64,000 nucleotides of DNA from Thermodesulfobacteriota bacterium (GTDB lineage Bacteria > Desulfobacterota > Binatia > UBA9968 > JAJDTQ01). The notes beneath the pieces were generated by a model that saw only the letters and a list, made by a program, of their open reading frames with translations, was not told where the DNA came from and made no database searches. The position numbers and the translations under genes are program-made. The DNA lies in NCBI GenBank assembly GCA_965116635.1, contig OZ220710.1, positions 2,335,467-2,399,466 on the forward strand, read 5' to 3'. Below, one piece after another: positions 9,303 to 18,335 of the stretch. How positions within the stretch are numbered: the first letter of the stretch is position 1; each line of letters begins with the position of its first letter.

Positions 9303-10586
9303 CTAGTCATCCGCCCCCCTGCTCGGGGCCACGATCCAGATGCACGCCAACGATAGCGCACACAGGACAATGCCGATCCAGCCCGAGCTGGCATAGCTGC
9401 CGGAAAGGTCGTGGAGGTAGCCCGCCAGCCAAGGGCCGACGCCCGCGCCCATTCCTATGCTGAAAGCCAGGAAGCCGATGATGGAGCCGAAATGCTTGCC
9501 ATGAAAGATATCGGCGGCGATGGTCGGATAGAGCCCCTGGCGCGACCCGAAACCCACGGCGAACAGCGGCGGGTAGAGGGACACCACGAGTATCTCCGAC
9601 ATTCCGTCGAGGTTGAGGAGGACCACGATGCCCCCCACCAAGGCCAGGCTGCCGATGGTGTAGGCCCGCTCGCTGCCGATCCGGTCCGAGAGCGTCCCCA
9701 TGCCGATCATGCTGAAGGTGGTGAAGAACCCGGTGAGGCCCAAGACCCAGGCGCCGAACTCCCGCGAGAGTCCGGCGTCCACCATGGCGGCCACCTGGTG
9801 CACCAGCACCATGTGCACGGGGATGGCGCCAAACACGAACCCCCCGGCCAGCGCCCAGAACCGGTAGTTGCGGAGCGCCTGGGCGAGAGTCATGCCGCCT
9901 TCGAGCGCCCGGCGCGGCCCTCCGCTTTCCGCCGCGGTGGTAACGCCGAAATCCGGCAGCAGTCCCATGTCCTGCGGCCGGCGCCGCTGGAGCAGCAGGT
10001 TGAGCGGCACCACCGCCGCCAGCATCACGCCGGCCAGCACCAGATATGCGTTGCGCCAGCCCAACGCGACGATCAGCCACTCCGTGGCCGGCACCACCAG
10101 AAAGATCCCGACGCCGATGCCCGAAGCCGCGAGGCCCATGGCCATGCCGCGCTTGCGTACGAACCAGTTGGTGATGACCGTGGCCTGCGACGTCATGGGC
10201 AGCGCGGCGAAACCGAGTCCGACCAGAAGCCCCATGCCCAGGTAGTAGTGCCAAACGGTCTGCGTCATGGCGCTGACGGCGAATCCCGCCGCCATGAGAG
10301 CCGCGCCCGCCGGGAACACGACCCTGGGGCCGAGCCGGTCCAGCATGTGCCCCCACGCCGGCGCGGAAACGGTCCACGCCACCGAGCCCAGGGCCAGCGC
10401 GCCGGCGGCCAACCCGCGGCTCCACTGAAACTCCTCGATAACCGCCACGAAAAAGAGCGCGAACGCCGCGCGGCACCCGAAGGCGGCGGCCACGGTCATG
10501 AACGAGATGCCCAGCACCACCCACGGGTAGGTGCGGTTGAGCCGTGCGGTGCGAGCGGAAACGGAGTCGGCGGCCAGGGTTTCCAA
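9303..10586 (-). CDS. MFS transporter
   Basis: 427 aa with about 12 predicted hydrophobic helices in a typical MFS arrangement. Confidence 0.85.
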   Translation of the reverse strand: METLAADSVSARTARLNRTYPWVVLGISFMTVAAAFGCRAAFALFFVAVIEEFQWSRGLAAGALALGSVAWTVSAPAWGHMLDRLGPRVVFPAGAALMAAGFAVSAMTQTVWHYYLGMGLLVGLGFAALPMTSQATVITNWFVRKRGMAMGLAASGIGVGIFLVVPATEWLIVALGWRNAYLVLAGVMLAAVVPLNLLLQRRRPQDMGLLPDFGVTTAAESGGPRRALEGGMTLAQALRNYRFWALAGGFVFGAIPVHMVLVHQVAAMVDAGLSREFGAWVLGLTGFFTTFSMIGMGTLSDRIGSERAYTIGSLALVGGIVVLLNLDGMSEILVVSLYPPLFAVGFGSRQGLYPTIAADIFHGKHFGSIIGFLAFSIGMGAGVGPWLAGYLHDLSGSYASSGWIGIVLCALSLACIWIVAPSRGADD

Positions 10587-10619
10587 GTGGATGGTATCCG
10601 GCGGTCTCGGGCAAGCCGC

Positions 10620-11699
10620 CTACGACAACCTGGGAACGATCTCGTCGCTCAGGAACCGGATCACCGAGGCGTAGTCCCGGCCCAGCTTGGCGAAGGAGAT
10701 CTGTTGGAACCCGAGGCGCTCGGCTTCGGCCGCGAGCTCCAGGATCGGTTCCACGCAGTCCGAGGGCCGGCCGGCCACGAAGCAGGCCCGCGGCATGGCG
10801 TCGGTCACCAGCTCCCGCGAGGCCTGCTCGATGGTCATTCCCGAGTGAAGCGCCTCCCGGATGCGATTGACCTGTTCATAGTCGATGCCGATGCGCGCGA
10901 ACTCCTCGGGGCTGTATCCCAGGGCCTGGAGGCTCACCATGTGGTGGGCCGAGTACTTCTTGGCCTCGGCCAGCGCCTCCTCCGGCTCTTCCGATACCGC
11001 CAGATTGATCTCGCAGACCTTCCGCAGCTTCTTGTCCGGGTCCACCGCCCGGGCGGCGGCGTCCGCGCCCGCCATGGCCTGCTCCAGCCGGCCGAGCTTG
11101 TGCATGGAGATGAAATAGCCGCCCATGAGCACCCCCTCCATGGTCTCGCCCGCGATGGCCAGGAACCGGGGCCCCACGCCGCCGCCGTAGAAACGCACCG
11201 GCGCCGCGGGAGGGCACACCAGCTCGATGTGCCCGCGGGGGTTCATGTGGAAGTAGTCGCACAGAGCAGGGTACTCGTCGAATTGTACCCTTTCGCCGCG
11301 GAACAGCGTGCCCAGGAAGCCCACCGTCTCCCGGACCACGCGGAAGGGCTTGACCATATCCAGGTACTGCGGCACCTGCCCCTTGCTGCCCTTGGCGATG
11401 CCGAGGCTGATCTCACGGCCCTCGGTGAGCTCCGAGATGGCCAGCACCGAGTCGGCCACGTCGATGGGATTGCGGAAATAAGGCACGAGGATGGCGGTGC
11501 CGACCTTGAGGGGGGCGCGGGCGGCGATGGCCGTCGCCACGCTCAGCACATTGCGGTAACGGAGCGAATCGCTGAGCCAGACCTGCTTGAAGCCCCTCTC
11601 CGCGCCGAGCTCCGCCAGCTCCACCAGCTCCCGCGTGGTGTAATAGGAAGCCGCCTGCAGCACGAACTGGAGCCCGAACTCCCCCGAGAATATCGCCAT
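10620..11699 (-). CDS. LLM class (luciferase-like) flavin/F420-dependent oxidoreductase
   Basis: 359 aa with a TIM-barrel luciferase-like monooxygenase signature (FGLQFV, SDSL, GRFLAIAGE). Confidence 0.85.
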   Translation of the reverse strand: MAIFSGEFGLQFVLQAASYYTTRELVELAELGAERGFKQVWLSDSLRYRNVLSVATAIAARAPLKVGTAILVPYFRNPIDVADSVLAISELTEGREISLGIAKGSKGQVPQYLDMVKPFRVVRETVGFLGTLFRGERVQFDEYPALCDYFHMNPRGHIELVCPPAAPVRFYGGGVGPRFLAIAGETMEGVLMGGYFISMHKLGRLEQAMAGADAAARAVDPDKKLRKVCEINLAVSEEPEEALAEAKKYSAHHMVSLQALGYSPEEFARIGIDYEQVNRIREALHSGMTIEQASRELVTDAMPRACFVAGRPSDCVEPILELAAEAERLGFQQISFAKLGRDYASVIRFLSDEIVPRLS

Positions 11700-11906
11700 C
11701 CCCTCCCCCTTTCGGCCTGACGTTCAATTGGGGGATGTATCCCGATTCCGCCACGGCCCGCAAGGCCACGGCAATCGTCAGGAACCGGGATGACGGTTCG
11801 AATCACGCGCTCGGGATTGACCAGTGTCGTGTCCCGAAAATTCCTGCGATTGGTTGCGCACGATTTTGCTGTCGGCAAGGCGCGATGACTTGCAGGGGGG
11901 CGACCA

Positions 11907-11946
11907 CCGTTCGTCCTGAGCGTAGCGAAGCGAAGTCGAAGGGCGC
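11907..11946. repeat. Repeat family A, single arm
   Basis: ccgttcgtcctgagcgtagcgaagcgaagtcgaagggcgc. Confidence 0.8.
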
Positions 11947-11964
11947 AAAATTCCGACAGGGTGC

Positions 11965-12181
11965 TAGTGTGGTGTCTGGTTAATTCGCGTCATAATATGC
12001 GGAGCATTTTTTGTCGTCGGCAAGGCGCGATGACTTGTAGGGGCGACCTGCGGTCGCCCTTCGGTGGCGGGCACCACGCGAGGAAGAGCAACGCAGCCGC
12101 CCTTCGACTTCGCTTCGCTCAGGATGCGCGGAGCGAAAAAGACCCACGGATTATGATGCGAATTAACCAGACACCACACTA
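11965..12181. mobile_element. MITE-like nonautonomous element (family C) with ~32-bp terminal inverted repeats and TA target-site duplication; carries nested copies of repeat families A and B
   Basis: Left TIR tagtgtggtgtctggttaattcgcgtcataat (11965-). Right TIR attatgatgcgaattaaccagacaccacacta (-12181). It is flanked by TA and has no coding capacity. The interior shares ttgtcggcaaggcgcgatgac with the element at 39315-39476. Confidence 0.75.
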
Positions 12182-13075
12182 GGTGCCGGCGGCGTGGCGT
12201 TCTTCCCGGAGCGCGGCGATCCGGTCCTCGAGGGGGGGATGGCTGGCGAAGAGCATCCGCAGACCGCCCTTGCGGACGCCGGCGATCCCCATTGCCTCCA
12301 ACTGTTCCGGCATGTGCTCGGGCTCCACGCTGCGTTGGAGCGCCTCGAGGGCGCCGATCATGCTGGCCTTGCCGGCCAGATACGCGCCGCCAGCGTCGGC
12401 CCGGTACTCGCGCCGGCGCGAGTACCAGGAGACCACCAAGCTGGCCAGGATACCGAGCAGGATCTGCGTGACGATCACGGTGACGAAGTAGCCCATGCCG
12501 TAGCCCCCTTCGCCGTCCCGGTGGAGCGCGCGGTCCACGACGTATCCGATTACGCGGGAAAGGAAGATCACGAAGGTGTTGAGAACGCCCTGGAGCAGGG
12601 TCAGCGTCACCATGTCGCCGTTGGCCACGTGGCTCACCTCGTGACCCAGCACGGCCGAGGCCTGATCCGGCTTCATGGTCCGCAGCAGTCCCGTGCTCAC
12701 CGCCACTAGTGAGTTGTTGCGGCTCGGGCCCGTGGCAAAGGCGTTGGGCTCCGGGGAATCGTAGACCGCCACCTCGGGCATGGCGATGTTCGCGGCCCGG
12801 GCGTAGTTTTGCACGGTGTTGACAAGCCAGATCTCGGTGTTGTTTTGGGGCTCATCGATGACCGTCAATCCCATCCATCTCTTGGCCGTCCACTTGGAGA
12901 TGCGCAACGAGATGAACGCGCCGCCCATGCCGAAGATGAAGGAGAAGGCCAGCAGCGGCCAGAAGTCGATGCCGTATTGAAAAAGCAACCACTCAAGGCC
13001 GAGTACACGGAGCGCAACGGCCAGCACGAAAACGATTGCAAGGTTGGTGATCAGAAAAAGAAATACGCGTTTCAT
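12179..13075 (-). CDS. htpX: protease HtpX homolog (M48 family zinc metalloprotease)
   Basis: N-terminal TM helices. HEXXH in GHEVSHVANGDM, typical of HtpX. The stop codon TAG (12179-12181) lies inside the MITE terminal repeat. Confidence 0.85.
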   Translation of the reverse strand: MKRVFLFLITNLAIVFVLAVALRVLGLEWLLFQYGIDFWPLLAFSFIFGMGGAFISLRISKWTAKRWMGLTVIDEPQNNTEIWLVNTVQNYARAANIAMPEVAVYDSPEPNAFATGPSRNNSLVAVSTGLLRTMKPDQASAVLGHEVSHVANGDMVTLTLLQGVLNTFVIFLSRVIGYVVDRALHRDGEGGYGMGYFVTVIVTQILLGILASLVVSWYSRRREYRADAGGAYLAGKASMIGALEALQRSVEPEHMPEQLEAMGIAGVRKGGLRMLFASHPPLEDRIAALREERHAAGT

Positions 13076-13220
13076 GGACCTGTTCCCTTCCTCTCGCGAA
13101 TATCAGCCCTCAACAACAAATCTACAATGCAGATCATGCCGAATCAATTTCGTCGCGCACCGGGGCCTTCGGAAAATTTAACCATCGGCACCGGCTTGTA
13201 AAGGGATCGCTCCGTTCCAG

Positions 13221-14441
13221 CTACTCGATTTCCCGGACCGCGGGCAGCCGCACCAGCCCGTAGAAGGCCATCATCGCCACCAGGAAACCGCCCAGGGCCA
13301 CGGCGGCGGGCGCGCCCGCGTACTCGGCCACCGCCCCCGCCACCGCGCCGCCCAGGGGCATGAGGTCCCAGGTGAGCCCGAACAGCCCCAGCACCCGGCC
13401 CCGGAGCTCGTTGGGAAGGTTCAGTTGCAGGATCGTGTTGATGGAGGTCAGATAGATCTGGTTGAACAGCCCGAGGAAGAAGATCAGTCCCAGGGACAAG
13501 GGAAACGAGGACGAGTACGCAAACAGCATGAGCAGCGTCCCGAAGGTCGCCGCCCCCACCAGCACCTGCCACCCCCTGCGCCCGGCCTGGGCCAGATAGG
13601 CCACCGTCAACGTGCCCAGCAGCGCGCCCACGCCGGAGGAGGACTGGAGCAGCCCGAACCCGCGAGAGTCCACCAGCAGGATATCCCGGGCGAACACCGG
13701 CATCAGGATGACGAAGGACATGCCGAAGATGCTGTTGAAGCAGGTGAGCCCCAGAAGGCTGTAGAAGAGCTGGTTCCGGCGGACGAAGTCGAGCCCGGCG
13801 AGAATGTTGCGCCACACGCCGCCCTGGGGCTGCCCGACGATGGGGCGGCTTCGGATGAACGCCCACAGAGCCACCGCCGCCGCCGAGCTCACGAAACAGG
13901 CGATAAAGGTATGGCCGACGCCGAACCAGTGAATCAGCAGGCCGGCGAGCCCGGGGCCCACGAGACGGCACGCCTGCCACACCGAGCTTCCCAGGGCCAC
14001 CGCGTTGGCGATCTCCTCCCGCGGCACCATTTCGGGCAGCAGCGCGTACCGGCTGGGCCGGTCGAAGGAGCGGAGAAAACCCGAGTTGAAGGCGAATACG
14101 AGCACGTGCCAGAAGGCGATGCGCTCGGTAATGATCAGCAGCCCCAGCACGAGGTAGGCCACGGCCAGCAACGACTGGGTGAGCACCATGATGCGCCGCT
14201 TGTCGGCCCGGTCCGCGATGGCCCCGCCCACGAGCACCAGGGAAACCCGCGGCACCGCGTAGGCGATCCCGGCCACCCCCAGCATCAGCGGCGAATCCGT
14301 CAGCAGGAACACCAGCCACGCCTGGGCCGCCATCTCCATGTTGAGCGCCAGCACGGAGGAGAGCTGCCCCAACCAGTAGAAGCGGTAGTTCCTGTGGCGC
14401 AGGCCGGCGAACAGCCGGCGGAGCATGGTTTCGGATTTCAT
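13221..14441 (-). CDS. MFS transporter
   Basis: 406 aa, polytopic, with MFS-type repeat architecture (RNYRFYWLGQ near the N-terminus). Confidence 0.85.
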   Translation of the reverse strand: MKSETMLRRLFAGLRHRNYRFYWLGQLSSVLALNMEMAAQAWLVFLLTDSPLMLGVAGIAYAVPRVSLVLVGGAIADRADKRRIMVLTQSLLAVAYLVLGLLIITERIAFWHVLVFAFNSGFLRSFDRPSRYALLPEMVPREEIANAVALGSSVWQACRLVGPGLAGLLIHWFGVGHTFIACFVSSAAAVALWAFIRSRPIVGQPQGGVWRNILAGLDFVRRNQLFYSLLGLTCFNSIFGMSFVILMPVFARDILLVDSRGFGLLQSSSGVGALLGTLTVAYLAQAGRRGWQVLVGAATFGTLLMLFAYSSSFPLSLGLIFFLGLFNQIYLTSINTILQLNLPNELRGRVLGLFGLTWDLMPLGGAVAGAVAEYAGAPAAVALGGFLVAMMAFYGLVRLPAVREIE

Positions 14442-14527
14442 GGGCGGCTTTGTTTCCAGGGGCCGTTTGGGTATAGAACTCGGTGGGCGCGCCGTCCACC
14501 GAAGCCCACTCCGTGGAGAATGGATCG

Positions 14528-15613
14528 ATGAAGGTCAGCCTCTTTACCGAAGTGCAGTGCCCCTCGGGAAGCGTTCCCGCCGAACTGCTGGTGCAGTTTC
14601 TCGAACAGGCCGAGCTGGCCGACAACCTGGGCTACGACGGCTACTGGATAGCCGAGATCCACTTCACCCCCAGCTTCTCGCTCCTGTCCGCCCCTTACGT
14701 GGTGCTGGGAGCCGCCTCCCAGCGCACCCGGAACCTGCGCCTGGGGGTTGCGGTCAACACCCTTCCCGTCCACCACCCCATGCAACTCGCCGAGCAGGCC
14801 GCCACCCTGGACGTCCTGAGCAACGGCAGGATGTGCTTCGCCGCCGGCGGCGGGCATCCCCACACCCGCGCCTACGAGTGCTTCGGCGTGGAACACGAGC
14901 ACGTCCGGGACATCATGGAGGAAAGCATCGAGGTCATCCGGCTGGCGTGGACCGAGGAGGCCGTGGACTACCAGGGCCGTTTCTTCCGGATCCCCAGCAT
15001 CGTCGCCAACCCCAAGCCGGTGCAGCAGCCCCATCCGCCCCTCTACACCGCCGCGAGTTCCCTCGACGGAGTGAACTTCGCCGCCCGCATGGGACTGAAT
15101 CTCTTCATCCCGGTGCACGTGCGGACCGCGGAAGAGCTGCGCGAATTCGCCGCCACCTACTGGAAGGTGCTGGCGGACCACGGCCACGACCCGGAAGACC
15201 ACGAGCTCGGCCTGCTCCTGCCCATGCACGTGGGCGGCACCCCGGACGAGGCCCGGGCGCGATCCGAGGCCGGAGTCATGAGCTACTACGACGTGATCCG
15301 GGAGACCCGCGGAAGCTACGCCCAATGGCTCACGGCCCAGGGACGGCCGCTGCCCGAACGGCTACGCAAGAACGCGGCCGCGGACAGCCTGACCTTCGAT
15401 CGCGTGTGCAGCGAGTTCGCCGCCATCGGCACGGCGGATCAAGTGGTGGACCGGGTCGCCGGTCTGGCCCGCGACACCGGCGCCGGGCACGTGCTGGCGT
15501 GGATGAATATCGGCAGCGTCTCCCACCCCCACATCAAGGAGTCCATGCAGCGTTTCGCCGAGGACGCCCTGGCCGCGGTGCGGGAGATACAGCCGTTCCG
15601 TTCAGGCCGTTAA
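14528..15613 (+). CDS. LLM class (luciferase-like) flavin/F420-dependent oxidoreductase
   Basis: Luciferase-like monooxygenase signature. Preferred start is ATG 14528 (MKVSLF), preceded by GGAGA; the track ORF starts at 14483. Confidence 0.85.
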   Translation: MKVSLFTEVQCPSGSVPAELLVQFLEQAELADNLGYDGYWIAEIHFTPSFSLLSAPYVVLGAASQRTRNLRLGVAVNTLPVHHPMQLAEQAATLDVLSNGRMCFAAGGGHPHTRAYECFGVEHEHVRDIMEESIEVIRLAWTEEAVDYQGRFFRIPSIVANPKPVQQPHPPLYTAASSLDGVNFAARMGLNLFIPVHVRTAEELREFAATYWKVLADHGHDPEDHELGLLLPMHVGGTPDEARARSEAGVMSYYDVIRETRGSYAQWLTAQGRPLPERLRKNAAADSLTFDRVCSEFAAIGTADQVVDRVAGLARDTGAGHVLAWMNIGSVSHPHIKESMQRFAEDALAAVREIQPFRSGR

Positions 15614-15631
15614 GAGGCTGTCGGATTCTTG

Positions 15632-15750
15632 CGTCCTTCGACTTCGCTTCGCTACGCTCAGGACGAACGGAGAGAGACTTTCACAACCGTTCGTCCTGAG
15701 CCCTTCGACAGGCTCAGGACAGGCTTCGCGAAACGAAGTCGAAGGACGCT
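15632..15750. repeat. Repeat family A palindromic element (with an internal insertion in the right arm)
   Basis: gcgtccttcgacttcgcttcgctacgctcaggacgaacgg ... ccgttcgtcctgag ... cgaagtcgaaggacgc. Confidence 0.85.
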
Positions 15751-15752
15751 CC

Positions 15753-15980
15753 CTAGTGTCCGTCGTCCTGCTTGAGAGGCCGGAGGCCGCGGCTCATACG
15801 GCCCAAAACCACCACCAGGAAGCCCGCGCTCACGGAAACGGTGGCGATCAACAACGCGATTCCCGCCTGGGTGGCGTGAAAAATGCTTTGCGTGGTCAGG
15901 GCCGCCGACGCCGCGTAGGCGCCGTATCCGGCGGCCACGGCGCCCCAGCCGAACAGTATCGCTGCCGCGAAAACGACCAT
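15753..15980 (-). CDS. hypothetical small membrane protein
   Basis: About 75 aa with two hydrophobic segments. The internal start MVVFAAAILFGW was chosen. Coding status is weakly supported. Confidence 0.3.
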   Translation of the reverse strand: MVVFAAAILFGWGAVAAGYGAYAASAALTTQSIFHATQAGIALLIATVSVSAGFLVVVLGRMSRGLRPLKQDDGH

Positions 15981-16087
15981 GAACGGGAACCTCACACAAG
16001 GCCGCGGGCAAGTCAACGAGCGATTCTGGACCCGGCCACGCAAAGTTGCTACGGTCCTGTAACGTGCACGAAAGGCCCAAGTCAGCC

Positions 16088-18331
16088 ATGAATCAGGACA
16101 GCCAGTCACCCGAAACCACCCACGACATCGATCCGATCCGCTACGAAATGTTCCTCCACCGGCTCTGGGCCATCGGCGAGGAAGGCCGGATGACGCTGCA
16201 GCGCGTTACCGCCTCTCCCATCGTCGCCCAGGGGGGCGAGTGCATGAGCTCGTTCTACGACGCCGGCGGCACCATGGTGCTGGCCTGCTCCGGACATCTC
16301 CGTTTCGCCCACGCCACTTCCGACGCCATCAAGCATCTCATCGACACCTTTGGAGAGTCGCCAGGGTTCTTCGACGGCGACCAGCTCTTCTTCAACGACC
16401 CCTACGTGGCCGGCGCTCACACCTACGACATGATGGTCATCAAGCCGATCTTCCACGACGGCGGTCTCATCGGCTGGGTGGCCACCAGCACCCACACGGC
16501 GGACACCGGCGGCAACCTGCGGGGCGCGGCCACCGAGATCTTCCACGAGGGCATCCGGATCATGGGCCTCAAGGTGGTGGAGCGCGGCATCTTCCGCGAG
16601 GACGTGTTCAAATCCCTCACCGAGCAGTGCCGGGACCCGCAATACGTGGGGCTGGACCTCAAGGCCATGATCGCCGGAAACAACGTTTGCGGACGGCGCT
16701 ACCTCGGCCTGGTGGACAAGTTCGGCCTGGAATTCGTCCAGGCCGCGGGCGCCCGGATCATTGCCGACACCGAGGCGGCGGCGCGGGCCAAGCTCAGGTC
16801 CCTGCCGGACGGCACCTGGACCGGACGCACCTACCTGACGTTTCTGGACACCAAGACCCGCAAGGCCGCTCCGCTCCGGATTATGAGCACGCTCACGAAG
16901 AAGGGGGATCAGTTGACGCTGGACACCACCGGCACCAGCCCCCAGACCAGCAGCGACGTCAACTCGACCTTTCCCAGCACCCGGGCGCTCATCGGCGTCG
17001 CCATCACCAACACGCTCTTCTGGGACGTCCCCTGGAGCGACGGCAAGTGGGCTCCCATCGATCTCGTGGTGCCGGAGGGATCGGTGCTGAACTGCCGGTT
17101 CCCGGCGGCCTGCGCCGCCGCCCCGGTGGTGGGCGGCATCCTGGTGGCGGCAACGTGCGAGGCCGCCGGCAAGATGCTTTACGCGGCCGGCCGGCACCAG
17201 GACGTCCCGGCCTCGTGGTACGCCACCTGGTACGAGGGCGGCCCGGGCTACATCCCCGCCGGTCACAACCGCGAGGGTGTCCGCACCGCCATGGGCATCT
17301 ACGACATCCACGGCAGCGGCCTCGGCGCCACGCCGCTGCACGACGGCGTCAACACCGGCGGCCACATGAACATCCCGTCGGGAGGGATCAGCGACGTCGA
17401 ACGCACGGAGATGCAGTATCCGCTGCTCTATTTCTCCCGCAACCACAACACCGACGGCTCCGGCTTCGGCAAGTACCGCGGCGGGGTCGGCACCTACCGG
17501 ATCTTCATGGTGTACGGCTCCCAGGATTTCTCCACCGACTTCAAGCCCTACGGCTGGATACCGCAGGGGGCCTATGGACTGTTCGGCGGACATCCCACCG
17601 GCCCCGGCGGGATCCGCGCCATCTTCCTCACCGAAAGCGACATCGTGGAGCGTCTGGCGGCGGGCAACTACCCGGCCCGGCTTGACCAGATCGAGGCCGA
17701 CGACTGGGGCAAGGCGCTGATTCCGGAGGGCGCCCCCGGCCGTGTGTCGCTGCCCGAGTTCACGCTCCTGAGCGACTACGTCCAGAGCGGCGGCGGCTAT
17801 GGCGATCCGCTGGACCGTAACCCGGCGGCGGTGGCCCGGGACGTCCGGGTCGGCGTGTCCACCGAAGCATCGGCGCGGCGGTTCTACGGCGTCGTGCTGC
17901 GCCGGGAGGACGGCGAGGTGGACGAACCGGCGACCGAGGAACAGCGGAACGCCATACGGACGGCACGGCTCGAGCAGGCGGCGCCGGTAACGCCGGGCGC
18001 GGCTCCGGACGGGAAGACCGTGGAAGGGCAGCCGCTGACGCGGATTCACGAGACGCTGGAAGTCGTGCGGAACGGCGCCGGGAAGCGGATCCGCTGCATG
18101 CGCTGCGGTTTTGACTTCGGCGGCACCGACGGGAACTACAAGAAACGCTGCCTCAAGCGCGTCGTCGAGCTGGACGAGATCGGCGGCCAGCATCCGGTAT
18201 CGGGCGACGGCTATCTGGGAAGGTACCACGAATACATCTGTCCCGGCTGCGCCACGCTGCTCCAGGTGGACGTCTACTGTCCGCAACTGGGCGGCGAGGA
18301 AGACCTCTGGGACATCCACATCGAGGCTTGA
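16088..18331 (+). CDS. hydantoinase B / 5-oxoprolinase / acetone-carboxylase-alpha family protein (HyuB-like) with C-terminal Cys4 zinc-ribbon-like extension
   Basis: The HyuB N-terminal signature is present (DPIRYEMFLHRLWAIGEEGRMTLQRVTASPIV...MSSFYDAGGTM). The last ~80 aa carry CMRCG...CPGC. Confidence 0.8.
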   Translation: MNQDSQSPETTHDIDPIRYEMFLHRLWAIGEEGRMTLQRVTASPIVAQGGECMSSFYDAGGTMVLACSGHLRFAHATSDAIKHLIDTFGESPGFFDGDQLFFNDPYVAGAHTYDMMVIKPIFHDGGLIGWVATSTHTADTGGNLRGAATEIFHEGIRIMGLKVVERGIFREDVFKSLTEQCRDPQYVGLDLKAMIAGNNVCGRRYLGLVDKFGLEFVQAAGARIIADTEAAARAKLRSLPDGTWTGRTYLTFLDTKTRKAAPLRIMSTLTKKGDQLTLDTTGTSPQTSSDVNSTFPSTRALIGVAITNTLFWDVPWSDGKWAPIDLVVPEGSVLNCRFPAACAAAPVVGGILVAATCEAAGKMLYAAGRHQDVPASWYATWYEGGPGYIPAGHNREGVRTAMGIYDIHGSGLGATPLHDGVNTGGHMNIPSGGISDVERTEMQYPLLYFSRNHNTDGSGFGKYRGGVGTYRIFMVYGSQDFSTDFKPYGWIPQGAYGLFGGHPTGPGGIRAIFLTESDIVERLAAGNYPARLDQIEADDWGKALIPEGAPGRVSLPEFTLLSDYVQSGGGYGDPLDRNPAAVARDVRVGVSTEASARRFYGVVLRREDGEVDEPATEEQRNAIRTARLEQAAPVTPGAAPDGKTVEGQPLTRIHETLEVVRNGAGKRIRCMRCGFDFGGTDGNYKKRCLKRVVELDEIGGQHPVSGDGYLGRYHEYICPGCATLLQVDVYCPQLGGEEDLWDIHIEA

Positions 18332-18335
18332 CACC

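Noticed and set aside
11961-12182. Small ORFs on both strands inside the MITE (73 and 71 aa)
   Set aside because: They lie entirely within a terminal-inverted-repeat element that also contains nested palindromic repeats. These are mirror-image artefacts of the TIR structure.
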